Source: Halarcobacter sp. (lineage in GTDB: Bacteria; Campylobacterota; Campylobacteria; Campylobacterales; Arcobacteraceae). From it: a stretch of DNA of 64,000 nt. The stretch spans positions 1,056,001 to 1,120,000 of the forward strand of contig OY781089.1 in NCBI GenBank assembly GCA_963676565.1. The letters run 5' to 3'. Each line of letters opens with the position of its first letter. Positions within the stretch are counted from its first letter, which is position 1. The notes under the pieces are model-generated. The model worked only from the letters and a program-made list of their open reading frames with translations, was not told the origin of the DNA and made no database searches. Positions 10,443 to 21,560 of the stretch are shown here, one piece after another. Made by a program: the position numbers and the translations under genes.

Positions 10443-10892
10443 ATAGAAGTTTTAGTTATAAGTATATCTAAACCACTTTTGGTTGGAATCTATGAGAATA
10501 AAAAACTGATTAAAAGTTATGAAAACGATGGAGTTACCTCAGATGTTTTACCTTTAATATTTGAGAATATTTTAAATGAATATAAAATAAATAGAATATA
10601 TTATGTAAATACACCAGGCTCTTACATGGCAATAAAAGTTGCTTATGTATTTTTGAAAACTCTATCAATAACAAAAAATATTGAATTAAAATCGTGTAGT
10701 GGTTTTGAATTTAATGGGAATTCTCCTATTAAAGCTTTGGGAAAAAAATATTTTATAAATGATGAAAATGGTATTAAAGTTGACTTTTTAGATAATAAGA
10801 GTACAATGTCAGACTTTAAATTACCAGATCTTTTAGAAAATATAAATTTTTCAGATGAGACTCTGCCAATATATAATTTACCTGCTGTATAA
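10443..10892 (+). CDS. tsaB: TsaB-like t6A biosynthesis protein, short form; probable ATA start at 10443 (ORF caller uses TTG 10479)
   Basis: [10 protein letters not shown] resembles TsaB GPGSFTGLR; sits between lpxC and thrB; SD aggag 6 nt before ATA. Confidence 0.7.
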   Translation: MEVLVISISKPLLVGIYENKKLIKSYENDGVTSDVLPLIFENILNEYKINRIYYVNTPGSYMAIKVAYVFLKTLSITKNIELKSCSGFEFNGNSPIKALGKKYFINDENGIKVDFLDNKSTMSDFKLPDLLENINFSDETLPIYNLPAV

Positions 10893-10903
10893 AAGGAAAG
10901 CGT

Positions 10904-11785
10904 TTGAGAATTAGTGTTCCAGCAACAAGTGCCAATTTAGGTCCAGGATTTGATACTCTAGGATTGGCAATTTCACTTCATAATCAAGTGAGTATAAAAC
11001 CTTCAAAATTTCATAGTGTTAGTTTAAAAGGTGAGGGTTCTAATAATCCTGTTTTAAAAGACAATAATATGTTTATTGCAATTTTTAACGATTTTTATCA
11101 TAATCTTTCACATAAAAAAAGACACTTTAGATTTGAATTCTCAAATGAGATTCCACTTTCAAGGGGATTAGGTAGTTCATCCGCTGTTATTGTTTCTGCA
11201 ATTGCAAGCGCATATGCAATAGAGGGAATACAAATTGAAAAAGAGAAATTGTTAAATTTAGCCTTAGCTTATGAATCGCATCCTGATAATATTACACCTG
11301 CAGTTATGGGTGGATTTAATGTTGCAACAGTGCATGAAAATGAGGTTAATTTTATAAAAAAAGATATGCCAAGGTCTTTAAAAGCAATTGTTGTTATCCC
11401 AAATAGACCTATGTCTACACAATTATCAAGAAAGGCATTACCTTTTAAGTATTCTAAAGAAGATGCAGTATTTAATATATCTCACTCCTCTTTACTAACA
11501 GCAGCATTTATAAATGAAGATTGGCAAATGTTAAGAGCTGCATCTTTGGATAAAATTCATCAAAAATATAGAATGAAACAGATGCCAGAATTATTTGATG
11601 TTCAAAAAACTGCATTAAAACATGGATCTTTAATGAGTACTTTATCAGGCTCTGGCTCAACTTTATTTTCTATTGCATTTAATGAAGATGCAAAAAGAAT
11701 TGAGAATGAATTAAATAAAAGGTTTCCTCATTTTAGAGTACTAACTAGAGGATTTGACAACGATGGCGTTGTTGTTAAAGATTAA
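10904..11785 (+). CDS. thrB: Homoserine kinase
   Basis: [22 protein letters not shown] and SGSG motifs. Confidence 0.97.
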   Translation: MRISVPATSANLGPGFDTLGLAISLHNQVSIKPSKFHSVSLKGEGSNNPVLKDNNMFIAIFNDFYHNLSHKKRHFRFEFSNEIPLSRGLGSSSAVIVSAIASAYAIEGIQIEKEKLLNLALAYESHPDNITPAVMGGFNVATVHENEVNFIKKDMPRSLKAIVVIPNRPMSTQLSRKALPFKYSKEDAVFNISHSSLLTAAFINEDWQMLRAASLDKIHQKYRMKQMPELFDVQKTALKHGSLMSTLSGSGSTLFSIAFNEDAKRIENELNKRFPHFRVLTRGFDNDGVVVKD

Positions 11786-11820
11786 AAAATATTTAAATTA
11801 AGCAAGATTTAGGTATAATA

Positions 11821-12099
11821 TTGACTATTTTGAAAGAACCAATACGAACTTGTGTCATTTGTAGAGGAAAATATCCTCAAAATGATCTACTTCGTTTAAA
11901 GTGTGAGGATAAAAAACTTGTACCATATGATAATTATGGTAGAAGTTTTTATATCTGTAATGATTGTATTTCAATGCTAAATGATTCACAAATCAATCAA
12001 AAAGATTTCAAAAAGATAGAAAAAGCACTTTTTAGGGAGTGTAAAAATAAAGATGACTATATAGGACAACTTAAGGAGATATTAACGCATGTCAGATAA
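11821..12099 (+). CDS. YlxR/DUF448 family protein
   Basis: PIRTCVICR...GRSFYICNDC; immediately upstream of infB. Confidence 0.85.
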   Translation: MTILKEPIRTCVICRGKYPQNDLLRLKCEDKKLVPYDNYGRSFYICNDCISMLNDSQINQKDFKKIEKALFRECKNKDDYIGQLKEILTHVR

Positions 12100-14755
12100 T
12101 GTAAGAGTTTATGAAATAGCAGAAGAAGCTGGGGCTAGTAGCAATGAGGTTATTGCCAAAGCAAAAGATTTAGGAATAGAGCTTAAATCACCACAAACTG
12201 CAGTTTCATTTGAAGATGCTGAAGAGATTGCGAACTACATAATGACTGGTAAAAGTAGTAAGCTAAAGAAACCTGCAGCAAAAATCAAAAAAGCAACACC
12301 AAAAACAGAAGAAAAACCTGAAGTAAAAACAGAAGAAAAACCTGAAGAAAAGAAAACTATTGAAGAAACGCCTAAGCAAGAGGATGTTGAAGTAGAAGAG
12401 AAAAAAGAGGAAGAGAAAACAGAAGAAACTGTTGAGAAAACAGAAGATAAGCCTCTAAAAAGTGTATCTCCTAAGAAAATCATTCCTAAAAGAAGAGGTT
12501 TGAAAATCATTAAAAAGAAAAAACCTCAAGAAATTATTGAGACTAAAAAAGATGAGATAGCAACACCTAGTGCAACTCTTAAAAAACCTATGAAATCTCT
12601 TAGTGAGATTTTAGGTGGAAATGATTTAAATGATAAGTCAAATGAAAAATCAGCTCCAGGGTCTCAGTCAAAAGTACCAGTTAAGAAAAAAGAGAAGAAA
12701 AAACAACCAGCAAGATCTCATGATCATGGTAAAGTAATTGAGTTTGAAGCTAAATCTACACAAGATTTCAATGATAATAGTGATGAGTCATTATTAGGTG
12801 AAGAGGTTGTTTTACTTGATATGGATTTAGCAGATACATCAAAGTTATTTGATGAGCCAAAACAAAATCAAGATAATAAAAGACAAACTAGATCTTCTAG
12901 ACCTGCTGCCTTTGGTAATAGACCACAAGGATTAAAAAGAGGTAAGAGAAAGAAAAGAATTAAAAAAGAAGTTGAAGAGGTAGAAATCTCTGAAATAACT
13001 ATTCCTGAAGATGTTAGGGTATATGAGTTTGCAGAAGCTTGTGGAAAATCTCCAGCTGAAGTTATTACTGTATTATTTGGTCTTGGGATGATGGTTACTA
13101 AAAATGACTTCTTAAAACAAGATGAATTAGAAATTTTAGGGGAAGAATTTGGTATCGAAGTTACCGTAAAAGATGCCCTAGAAGATGCAAATTATGTTGA
13201 TGATTATTTAGATGAAGAGATTGATGATTCTAACTTTGTAACAAGACCTCCAGTGGTTACAATCATGGGACATGTTGACCATGGTAAAACTTCACTTTTA
13301 GATAAGATTAGAAGTTCTAAAGTTGCTAAAGGTGAAGCAGGTGGAATTACTCAACATATCTCTGCCTATACAATTGAACAAAACAACCAAAAAATTACTT
13401 TTGTAGATACTCCAGGACACGCAGCTTTCTCAGCTATGAGAGCTAGAGGTGCAGATGTAACTGATATTGTAATTATTGTTGTTGCAGCAGATGATGGTGT
13501 TATGCCTCAAACAGAAGAAGTTATTTCTCATGCAAAAGCATCTGGATGTCCAATTATTGTTGCAGTTAACAAAATGGATAAAGAAACTGCAAACATGGAT
13601 ATGGTTAAAGCTCAAATGGCAGAAAGAGAAATGACACCAGTTGATTGGGGTGGAGATATTGAGTTTATTGGAGTTTCTGCTCATACAGGTCAAGGTATTG
13701 ATGATTTATTAGAAAACATTCTTTTACAAGCTGAAATTTTAGAACTTCAAGCTGATCCAGAAGCAAAAGCTAAAGCAACTGTTGTTGAATCATTACTTGA
13801 AAAAGGTAGAGGTCCAGTTGCTACAATTATTGTTCAAAATGGTACTTTAAGAGTAGGTGATAATATTGTTTGTGATACTACATATGGTAGAGTAAAAGCA
13901 ATTACTAACGATATGGGGAAACCAGTAAAAGAGCTTGGACTTTCAGAAACAGGAAATGTTTTAGGATTAAATGATGTTCCAGATGCAGGTTCTTTTATGG
14001 TTGCACAAAATTCAGATAAAGAAGCAAGAGAAATTGCTACAACTAGAGCTGAACATGCAAGAGCAAAAGAACTTTCTAAATCTACAAAAGTTTCATTAGA
14101 AGAGATGAGTGGATTAATTGCAGAAGGGAAAATCAAACAATTACCAGTTATTATTAAAACTGATGTTGGTGGTTCATTAGAAGCAATTAAAGGTTCATTA
14201 GAAAAAATTCAAAATGAAGAAGTAAAAGTAAAAGTAATCCATGCAGGTGTTGGTGGGATTACTGAATCAGACTTAATTTTAGCAAGTGCATCTGAAGGGT
14301 GTATTATCTTAGGATTTAACGTAAGACCAACTGGTTCTGTTAAACAAAAAGCTAAAGCTGATGGAATCCAAATCAACACTTATTCAATTATTTATGACTT
14401 AATTGACGATATCAAAGATGCATTATCAGGTATGATGACAGCAGTAATTAGAGAAGAAAATACTGGTCAAGCTGAAGTTAGAGATACATTCGTTGTTCCA
14501 AAAGTAGGAACAGTTGCAGGATGTTTTGTAACTGACGGTAAAGTTATTAGAGGTGGTCACGCAAGAATTATTAGAGATGGTGTTGTTACTTATACTGGTA
14601 AAATTTCATCACTAAAAAGATTTAAAGATGATGTTAAAGAAGTATCAAATGGTTATGAGTGTGGTATTATGTTCGATAAATTTAATGATATAAAAGTTGG
14701 TGATTTTATTGAAACATTTATACAAATTGAAGAGAAGAGAGAAATTGATTTATAA
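12089..14755 (+). CDS. infB: Translation initiation factor IF-2
   Basis: [13 protein letters not shown] and NKMD GTPase motifs with IF2 domain layout. Confidence 0.98.
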   Translation: MSDNVRVYEIAEEAGASSNEVIAKAKDLGIELKSPQTAVSFEDAEEIANYIMTGKSSKLKKPAAKIKKATPKTEEKPEVKTEEKPEEKKTIEETPKQEDVEVEEKKEEEKTEETVEKTEDKPLKSVSPKKIIPKRRGLKIIKKKKPQEIIETKKDEIATPSATLKKPMKSLSEILGGNDLNDKSNEKSAPGSQSKVPVKKKEKKKQPARSHDHGKVIEFEAKSTQDFNDNSDESLLGEEVVLLDMDLADTSKLFDEPKQNQDNKRQTRSSRPAAFGNRPQGLKRGKRKKRIKKEVEEVEISEITIPEDVRVYEFAEACGKSPAEVITVLFGLGMMVTKNDFLKQDELEILGEEFGIEVTVKDALEDANYVDDYLDEEIDDSNFVTRPPVVTIMGHVDHGKTSLLDKIRSSKVAKGEAGGITQHISAYTIEQNNQKITFVDTPGHAAFSAMRARGADVTDIVIIVVAADDGVMPQTEEVISHAKASGCPIIVAVNKMDKETANMDMVKAQMAEREMTPVDWGGDIEFIGVSAHTGQGIDDLLENILLQAEILELQADPEAKAKATVVESLLEKGRGPVATIIVQNGTLRVGDNIVCDTTYGRVKAITNDMGKPVKELGLSETGNVLGLNDVPDAGSFMVAQNSDKEAREIATTRAEHARAKELSKSTKVSLEEMSGLIAEGKIKQLPVIIKTDVGGSLEAIKGSLEKIQNEEVKVKVIHAGVGGITESDLILASASEGCIILGFNVRPTGSVKQKAKADGIQINTYSIIYDLIDDIKDALSGMMTAVIREENTGQAEVRDTFVVPKVGTVAGCFVTDGKVIRGGHARIIRDGVVTYTGKISSLKRFKDDVKEVSNGYECGIMFDKFNDIKVGDFIETFIQIEEKREIDL
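12301..12347 (+). repeat. 24-bp-period tandem duplication in the IF2 N-terminal linker ([16 protein letters not shown])
   Basis: aaaaacagaagaaaaacctgaag occurs twice, separated by one t. Confidence 0.85.
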
Positions 14756-14764
14756 GGTTGATTT

Positions 14765-15124
14765 TTGAAAAGTATTAATCTTCAAAGAACTGAATCATTG
14801 TTGATGGAGCTTATTCCAGAAGCTTTATCAACACTAAATGATGTAAGAATATGCTCTTTACCTATTACAGGTGTAAATTGTAAAAATGGTAAATATGACG
14901 CTACTGTTTATTTTGATGGAAGCGATTTTGAAAAAAACGAAATAGCAGGTGTTATTTCAGCTTTGACAAAAGCAAATGGAAGAATCAAAGAGTATATACT
15001 TAGTGCTACTGGTTGGTATAAATGCCCAACTTTCAAATTTGTTAATGATACATCATTTGAATCTTCAAAAAACATTGAAGATTTATTTAGGCAAATTGAG
15101 AAAAAGAAAAAGGATCAATCATGA
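14765..15124 (+). CDS. rbfA: Ribosome-binding factor A
   Basis: Follows inf[13 protein letters not shown] resembles the RbfA P-L-F-D motif. Confidence 0.88.
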   Translation: MKSINLQRTESLLMELIPEALSTLNDVRICSLPITGVNCKNGKYDATVYFDGSDFEKNEIAGVISALTKANGRIKEYILSATGWYKCPTFKFVNDTSFESSKNIEDLFRQIEKKKKDQS

Positions 15125-15549
15125 ATCTTGAAGAATCTATTGAAATAGCTGTTCAAGGTTGTGGTGCAGAGGTCTATGATATTGTAACTTTAAAAGAAAA
15201 TGATAAAAATGTTTTCAGAATCTATGTTACAGCTAAAGGTGGTATATCTTTAGATAAATGTGCAGAAATTTCAAGAATGGTTTCACCTATTTTAGATATT
15301 GAAGAACCTATGCAAGGTAATTATAACTTAGAAGTTAGTTCACCTGGTATAGAAAGAAAACTAAAAAAACCACAACACTATAAAGCTTCAATTGGTGAAA
15401 AGGTAAAATTAAAAGATTTTAATAAAGATACTATTAAAGGTGAACTTATTTTTGCCGATTATAATGAAATTAAAATCAAAACTGAACATGGTGAAGAGAT
15501 TGTTGCTTATGATGAAATCTCTACTGCATCAACTTATTTTGAATGGTAG
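15121..15549 (+). CDS. rimP: Ribosome maturation factor RimP
   Basis: [14 protein letters not shown] motif. Confidence 0.95.
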   Translation: MNLEESIEIAVQGCGAEVYDIVTLKENDKNVFRIYVTAKGGISLDKCAEISRMVSPILDIEEPMQGNYNLEVSSPGIERKLKKPQHYKASIGEKVKLKDFNKDTIKGELIFADYNEIKIKTEHGEEIVAYDEISTASTYFEW

Positions 15550-15558
15550 ATTAACAAA

Positions 15559-16566
15559 ATGATTATTAATGATAATTTCTTTATGAAGTTAGCCATTGAT
15601 GAAGCTTGGAAATATCAACTTTTAACTTACCCAAATCCAGCTGTTGGATGTGTTGTTGTAAAAAATGGTGAAATACTATCTATTGAAGCACATAAAGAAG
15701 CTGGAATGCCCCATGCTGAAGTTAATGCGTTAAAAGCAGCATACTTAAAAAAATACCCAAATGATGTTATCAAAACAAAAAGAAAATCTGAGGATATACA
15801 TGAGTATCTAATTAAAAATCATAATGGTTTTTTTAATGATTGTGAGATCTTTGTTACATTAGAACCATGTAATCATATTGGGAAAACTCCTGCTTGTGCA
15901 AATCTTTTAAAAGAATTAAATCCTAAAAGAGTAATAATAGCCCATGAAGATATTAATAAGATAGCTTCAGGAGGTTGTGAGACTCTAAAAGAAGCAAATA
16001 TAGAAGTCAATCTAGGTTGTATGAAAAAAGAAGCCTATGAGCTTTTATACCCATTTATTAAATGGACTGAAAATACTTTTGTATTTTATAAAATGGCACA
16101 AACCTTAAATGGTAGTATTGATGGAAAAATATCTTCTAATCAAGCCTTAGCTTATGTACATACTTTAAGGGATAAAATTGATTTAATGCTCATTGGTGGA
16201 AATACAGTTAGAACTGATAAACCAACTCTTGATGCTAGATATATAGCTGGACGTGCTCCTAATGTAATGATTTATTCAAAAAATAAAATCTTTGATACAA
16301 ATATTCCTTTGTTTAAAATACCAAATAGAGAAGTTACTATTAGTGATGATTTATTTAAATTACTTGATTATAAATTTATTATGGTTGAGGGAACTTATAA
16401 TTTACTAGATAGTATAAAAGAAAGAATCGATTATTTGGTTTTACTTGTAAGTCCTAAGATTAGAAAAGGACTTAATGCTTTAAATGATATTGATATGGAT
16501 TTTGAGATTGTTCATGAGAACTTCATTGGACAAGAGAAAATCATTTACCTAAAAAGAAAAAGTTAG
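15559..16566 (+). CDS. ribD: Riboflavin biosynthesis deaminase/reductase
   Basis: PNPAVGC, HAE and TLEPCNH...PAC motifs. Confidence 0.95.
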   Translation: MIINDNFFMKLAIDEAWKYQLLTYPNPAVGCVVVKNGEILSIEAHKEAGMPHAEVNALKAAYLKKYPNDVIKTKRKSEDIHEYLIKNHNGFFNDCEIFVTLEPCNHIGKTPACANLLKELNPKRVIIAHEDINKIASGGCETLKEANIEVNLGCMKKEAYELLYPFIKWTENTFVFYKMAQTLNGSIDGKISSNQALAYVHTLRDKIDLMLIGGNTVRTDKPTLDARYIAGRAPNVMIYSKNKIFDTNIPLFKIPNREVTISDDLFKLLDYKFIMVEGTYNLLDSIKERIDYLVLLVSPKIRKGLNALNDIDMDFEIVHENFIGQEKIIYLKRKS

Positions 16567-16584
16567 ATTTGAATTTAATAATTT

Positions 16585-16707
16585 AAACTATAAATATTTA
16601 TTGTTAGAAACAAGAGAGAGGTTTTTTTGAGGAAGGAGCTTACAAATGTAAGTGACTGAAGAGAAAAAATCTCTATCGCCTTTTATAGCGATAAAGATTT
16701 ATAGTTT
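16585..16707 (+). repeat. ~120-nt nested palindromic intergenic element (possible structured RNA or MITE/REP-like element)
   Basis: 22-nt outer arms, 11-nt middle arms and a cttaca/tgtaag core; wobble pairs favour the + strand. Confidence 0.6.
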
Positions 16708-17270
16708 TATTTTACTTTTTCTAAGTATTCACCAGTTCTAGTATCACATTTAATAACGTCACCTTCTACTAAGTGAAAAGGAATCTGTACAACAGCTCCA
16801 CTTTCTAAAGTAGCAGGTTTTTTACCACCTTGCGAGTCACCTTTAAAGTTAGGTGGTGTTTCTACAATTTTAAGCTCAACAACCATTGGCGGTTCAACCG
16901 TAATAGCACTACCATTGAAGAACATCATATCAACTGACATTCCATCAATAATCCATTTTTCTGCATCACCAACTTGGTCATAAGTTAAACCAATTTGCTC
17001 ATATGAATCTGTATCCATAAATTGAAGCATTTCACCATCATCATATAAGTATTGCATAGTTCTTTGTTGTAAGTCTGGAGTAGTACATTTATCACCAGCA
17101 TGGAAAGTTTTTTCAATAACTTTTCCATTTAAAAATGATTTTATTTTACATCTAACAAATGCCGCACCTTTTCCAGGTTTTACGTGTTGATATTCAGTGA
17201 TTTTATATGGAACTCCATCAATCTCAATCTTAAGACCTTTTTTTAGTTCACTCATAGAAATATTTGCCAT
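16707..17270 (-). CDS. efp: Elongation factor P
   Basis: [10 protein letters not shown] motif and KPATLESG. Confidence 0.97.
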   Translation of the reverse strand: MANISMSELKKGLKIEIDGVPYKITEYQHVKPGKGAAFVRCKIKSFLNGKVIEKTFHAGDKCTTPDLQQRTMQYLYDDGEMLQFMDTDSYEQIGLTYDQVGDAEKWIIDGMSVDMMFFNGSAITVEPPMVVELKIVETPPNFKGDSQGGKKPATLESGAVVQIPFHLVEGDVIKCDTRTGEYLEKVK

Positions 17271-17300
17271 TTTTTACCTTAATAATTATCTTTTATGTTT

Positions 17301-18887
17301 TTAAATTTCTGCATAAGATACTGCAATAGCATCTTGAATACTACCAATCTCTTCTAGTACTTTACTATTTATAGTATCATCAACTAAAATGATTGCTAAG
17401 GCATCTTTATTTTTGCCACGCGCAAGTCTAAAGTCAGAGATATTAATGCCTCTATCTCCAAGTAATTTACCAACATTTCCAATTACACCAGGAACATCAT
17501 TATTTCTCATCATAATCATTTTACCCTTTGGTTCGATATCAAAATCAAATCCATCAAGTTCTACAATTCTTTGAACATCATCATCAAAAACTGTACCTGC
17601 AATAGAGTTAACTCTTTTTTCAGTTGTGATTTTAATCTCTACTTTATTACTATAACCACTACAATGTTCAACTTCAGAAGTTTCGAATTTAATACCTTTT
17701 TCTTCAGCTATAAACATTGCGTTTACATAGTTAACTTCATCTCCACCAACTACACTTAATGCTCCAACCGTAGCAAAAGTTAATAATGAATCAAGATACT
17801 CTTTAATCTCACCTTCTGCTTTAACACTAATAGATCTAATCGCTGATTTATCAAGTTGTGCAGATAAAAATGCAATTTTTTGAGTTAATTCAATATATGG
17901 TTTAACAAATGAAGGAATTTTGCTCTCATCAATTGGTAAGTTAAGTGCATGTGGATAAGAGATTCCTCTTGCAGATTCAATTGCATTTTCTGCAGCTTGA
18001 ACAGCAATTTTCTTTTGAGATTCTTTTGTATTTGCACCTAAATGTGCTGTAACAGTAACATTTGGTAAATCTAATAAAGGATGGTCAGTTGCAGGTTCTT
18101 TTTTGAATACATCAATACCAGCCATTTTAATTTTTCCAGATTTTAGATTGTTATAAAGTGCATCTTCATTATAAAGACCACCTCTAGCACAGTTAATTAA
18201 AACTACACCATCTTTCATTTTTGCAATCTCTTCTTCACCAATCATATCAATTGTTTCTTGATTTTTTGGTGTGTGGATTGTAATAATGTCACAATCTAAA
18301 ATGTCATCAAAATTTGTTGTATAAGTTACACCTAAATCAGTTGCTTTTGTTGAAGGAATATATGGGTCGTAAGTAATTACGTCCATTTCAAATGATTTAG
18401 CTCTTAGACCGACTCTATGACCGATGTTACCAAATCCAATAATTCCTAATTTTTTACCAAATAATTCGTTACCATACCAATCTTCTCTTTTCCAGATTCT
18501 ATCTTGTTTTAATTGGTTGTGGGCATACGGAAATTTTCTCATACAAGATAGCATGTGAGCCATAGTAAGTTCAACTGCTGCAATAGTGTTAGCAGTTGGC
18601 ACGTTCATAGCAATGATTCCTCTCTTACTACAACCTTCCATGTCAACATTATCATAACCTACACCAGCTCTGATAATTGCTTTTAAGTTTGTAGCTGCGG
18701 ATAAAAATTTCTCATCAACATCAGTTGAAGATCTTGTAATTGCTACATCTGCATCTTTAATTACGTCTAATAACGCAACTTTGTCAATATCTGCAGCATA
18801 TACATAGTTTACATCTTCTGTGTTTTTTAAGATATTTAATCCATCTTCATGGATATGGTCACAAACTACAATTGTATGTTTACTCAT
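17301..18887 (-). CDS. serA: D-3-phosphoglycerate dehydrogenase
   Basis: RAGVGYDN, GFGNIG, INCARGG and HLGANT motifs; C-terminal ACT domain. Confidence 0.96.
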   Translation of the reverse strand: MSKHTIVVCDHIHEDGLNILKNTEDVNYVYAADIDKVALLDVIKDADVAITRSSTDVDEKFLSAATNLKAIIRAGVGYDNVDMEGCSKRGIIAMNVPTANTIAAVELTMAHMLSCMRKFPYAHNQLKQDRIWKREDWYGNELFGKKLGIIGFGNIGHRVGLRAKSFEMDVITYDPYIPSTKATDLGVTYTTNFDDILDCDIITIHTPKNQETIDMIGEEEIAKMKDGVVLINCARGGLYNEDALYNNLKSGKIKMAGIDVFKKEPATDHPLLDLPNVTVTAHLGANTKESQKKIAVQAAENAIESARGISYPHALNLPIDESKIPSFVKPYIELTQKIAFLSAQLDKSAIRSISVKAEGEIKEYLDSLLTFATVGALSVVGGDEVNYVNAMFIAEEKGIKFETSEVEHCSGYSNKVEIKITTEKRVNSIAGTVFDDDVQRIVELDGFDFDIEPKGKMIMMRNNDVPGVIGNVGKLLGDRGINISDFRLARGKNKDALAIILVDDTINSKVLEEIGSIQDAIAVSYAEI

Positions 18888-18904
18888 TTTTCTATGTCCC
18901 TCAA

Positions 18905-20557
18905 TTATTTAATTTGATCTTTTAATAAGTCACCTAAAGTCATAGCTGTATCATCATTAACAGCTTTTAAGGCTTCTCTTTCTTGTTGTTGCTCTAATCT
19001 TTTTACAGATAATCTAACTCTATTTTTCTTAGTGTCAATATTTACAACAACTGCTTCTAATTCATCACCAACATTAACTTCTTCAGCATTTAATGGTCCA
19101 AAGTCTTCATTTCTAATTAAACCATCTAAGTTATCTTCTAGTTTAATAAAGATTCCGAAATCTTTTTTATCTTTTACAGCACCTTTTACAATGTCACCCA
19201 TTTTATGCTCGTCTTGGAATTTTTTTGCAGGTGAATCAGCAATCTCTTTTACTGATAATGAAATATTTTCTTTTTCTCTATCAATTTTGATAATCTTAAC
19301 TTCAACTTCGTCACCTTTTTTGTAAAGTGATTTGCATTTAGCATTTGATTCCCAAGAAGCTTCTTCGTTGTGTAATAAACCATCAACTTCACCAATAGTA
19401 ACAAAAGCACCAAAGTCAGTTAGTGTTGCAATATTTCCTTTTACAACATCTCCAACTTTAAACTCTTTTGTAAATTTAGCAAATGGTTTCTCTTGTAAGT
19501 TTTTAAGAGATACTCTTAATCTTTTTTTGTCAACATCTAATTCAATAACTTCAACATTTACTTCTTCACCTAAAGTTAATAAATCTTTTGGGTTTTTTAA
19601 GTTTTTATTCCATGAAATTTCAGAGATGTGTAATAGACCTTCAATGTCATTACCTAAATCAACAAATGCACCATAAGATTCAAAGTTAGAAACTGTTACA
19701 GTGATTGTATCACCAACTTCTAATTCATCTTTAATCTCTTCCCATGGATTAGGAAGTGCAGCTTTAATTGATAATGATAAATGTTGTTTAGTTTTGTCAT
19801 AAGATAATACAACAACAGTTACTTCATCACCTTCAGAATAGTAGTTTGCAGGATTAACAGGACCTTTGTAAGAGATTTCATTGTAGTTTACTAAACCATC
19901 AATTCCACCTAAATCAATAAACATACCATAAGAAGTGATTTTCTTAACAATACCATTTACTGGTTCATTTTTTTCTAAGATCTCATTAACTTTAGAATCT
20001 TTTTGTTCTTTTGATTCTTCAATAAGTTTTTTTCTAGAAACTATAATAGAGTTTTGAGCTTCGTTTACTTTTAAAACTTTTGCTTTAACTTTTTTACCTA
20101 CAGCACCGTGAGCTTTTAAGTAAGATTGAGCCATTGGCATGAAGTATTCTAAACCAGAATCATCTTCAATAATAAATCCACCTCTGTTTTTAACAGAGAT
20201 AATTTTACCTTCAATTGTTACATCTTCAACATTTTCACCATGCTCTTTTACAAATGCGTCAAATTTTTCTTTTTGAAGAACTTTTTTATAAGAAATAGAT
20301 GGTCTTTCACCTTTATTTCCCATTAACATAACTGGAATAGTTTCACCAGCTTTGTATTTAACTTCTCCACCAATAGTGATTTCAGATAAGTTTAATTTAC
20401 CTTCAATCTTTTGACCAACATCAACAAGTACACTATCACCAGTAATCTCAACAATTACACCATCAACTACAGAGTTATTCTCAGCATTCTCAAAAGACTC
20501 TTCAAGCATTTGCGCGAAATCAAAGTCTTCACCTAATTCTATATCATCAATACCCAT
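18905..20557 (-). CDS. rpsA: 30S ribosomal protein S1
   Basis: Repeated S1 domains (YGAFVDL, GLLHISEISW). Confidence 0.97.
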   Translation of the reverse strand: MGIDDIELGEDFDFAQMLEESFENAENNSVVDGVIVEITGDSVLVDVGQKIEGKLNLSEITIGGEVKYKAGETIPVMLMGNKGERPSISYKKVLQKEKFDAFVKEHGENVEDVTIEGKIISVKNRGGFIIEDDSGLEYFMPMAQSYLKAHGAVGKKVKAKVLKVNEAQNSIIVSRKKLIEESKEQKDSKVNEILEKNEPVNGIVKKITSYGMFIDLGGIDGLVNYNEISYKGPVNPANYYSEGDEVTVVVLSYDKTKQHLSLSIKAALPNPWEEIKDELEVGDTITVTVSNFESYGAFVDLGNDIEGLLHISEISWNKNLKNPKDLLTLGEEVNVEVIELDVDKKRLRVSLKNLQEKPFAKFTKEFKVGDVVKGNIATLTDFGAFVTIGEVDGLLHNEEASWESNAKCKSLYKKGDEVEVKIIKIDREKENISLSVKEIADSPAKKFQDEHKMGDIVKGAVKDKKDFGIFIKLEDNLDGLIRNEDFGPLNAEEVNVGDELEAVVVNIDTKKNRVRLSVKRLEQQQEREALKAVNDDTAMTLGDLLKDQIK

Positions 20558-20628
20558 TTTATTCCTTCGTATTTACCGTTTTTTATTAAATGGTGACGAT
20601 TATATCTAATGCTTGCTTAAGTCTATGT

Positions 20629-21462
20629 TTAATATTTTTTAATTTTATCTACAACTTGTTGGATAATCCAGTCAGGAGTGCTTGCTCCAGCAGTTATTCC
20701 GCATAGTTTTTTATTGTCAAACCATGTTGAATCTAGTTCGGTTTCATTTTCAATTAGGTAAGAATCAGAGCAATTTTCTAAAGAAATAGTGTGTAATTGT
20801 TTAGTGTTTGAAGAGTTTTTCCCTCCAATAATTACCATTACATCCACCTCTTTTGAGAGATCTCTTGCTGCATCTTGATTTTCAAAAGTTGCATCACAAA
20901 TAGTATTAAATACTCTCACTTCTTTATTTTTTAATATTAAACTATTAACAATATCCAAATAAATCTCTTTTTTTCTAGTTGTTTGAGCTACTGTTGCAAT
21001 TTTATCATTCTTAAAGTTAATATTATCAAGTTCATCTTTTTCTAAGATTACATGTACATCATCCAAATCTTCGCCATATGATTTTACACCTTTTACTTCA
21101 GGGTGTTCACTATCTCCAAAGATTAATATTGAATATCCCTCTTGAGACATTTTTTTAACTATTTGTTGTGGTGTTGTAACAAAAGGACATGTGGCATTTA
21201 TAACTTTTGCATCCTTTGCTCTCAAATCTTTTAAATCTTGTTTTGGAATACCGTGGGTTCTAATGATTACTGTATCATTTGGTTTTACTTCATTTAAATC
21301 TCTGTAAAGACCAACTTTATAATCATTTTGTAGTCTATCAATTTCATTTTTATTGTGGATTAAAGGACCCATTGTTGCAGAATTTTCATATTTTTGTGCA
21401 ATATCTATTGCTCTTTTAACTCCAAAACAAAAACCATAACTAGATGCTAATTTTACTTCCAT
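20629..21462 (-). CDS. ispH: 4-hydroxy-3-methylbut-2-enyl diphosphate reductase
   Basis: GFCFGVKRA, ATCP, TICDAT, SSN and GASTP motifs. Confidence 0.97.
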   Translation of the reverse strand: MEVKLASSYGFCFGVKRAIDIAQKYENSATMGPLIHNKNEIDRLQNDYKVGLYRDLNEVKPNDTVIIRTHGIPKQDLKDLRAKDAKVINATCPFVTTPQQIVKKMSQEGYSILIFGDSEHPEVKGVKSYGEDLDDVHVILEKDELDNINFKNDKIATVAQTTRKKEIYLDIVNSLILKNKEVRVFNTICDATFENQDAARDLSKEVDVMVIIGGKNSSNTKQLHTISLENCSDSYLIENETELDSTWFDNKKLCGITAGASTPDWIIQQVVDKIKKY

Positions 21463-21560
21463 ATATAAAACCTTTAAGTTAATACTATTTAAATATTTTT
21501 TCGTAAAGATAGTAAAACTATCTTAAACGAAATAATGAATAAGAAAACTACTTATTGTTT

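Noticed and set aside
12301..12347. Tandem repeat in infB as a CRISPR or contingency locus
   Set aside because: Only two in-frame copies in the variable IF2 linker, with no spacers or cas genes.
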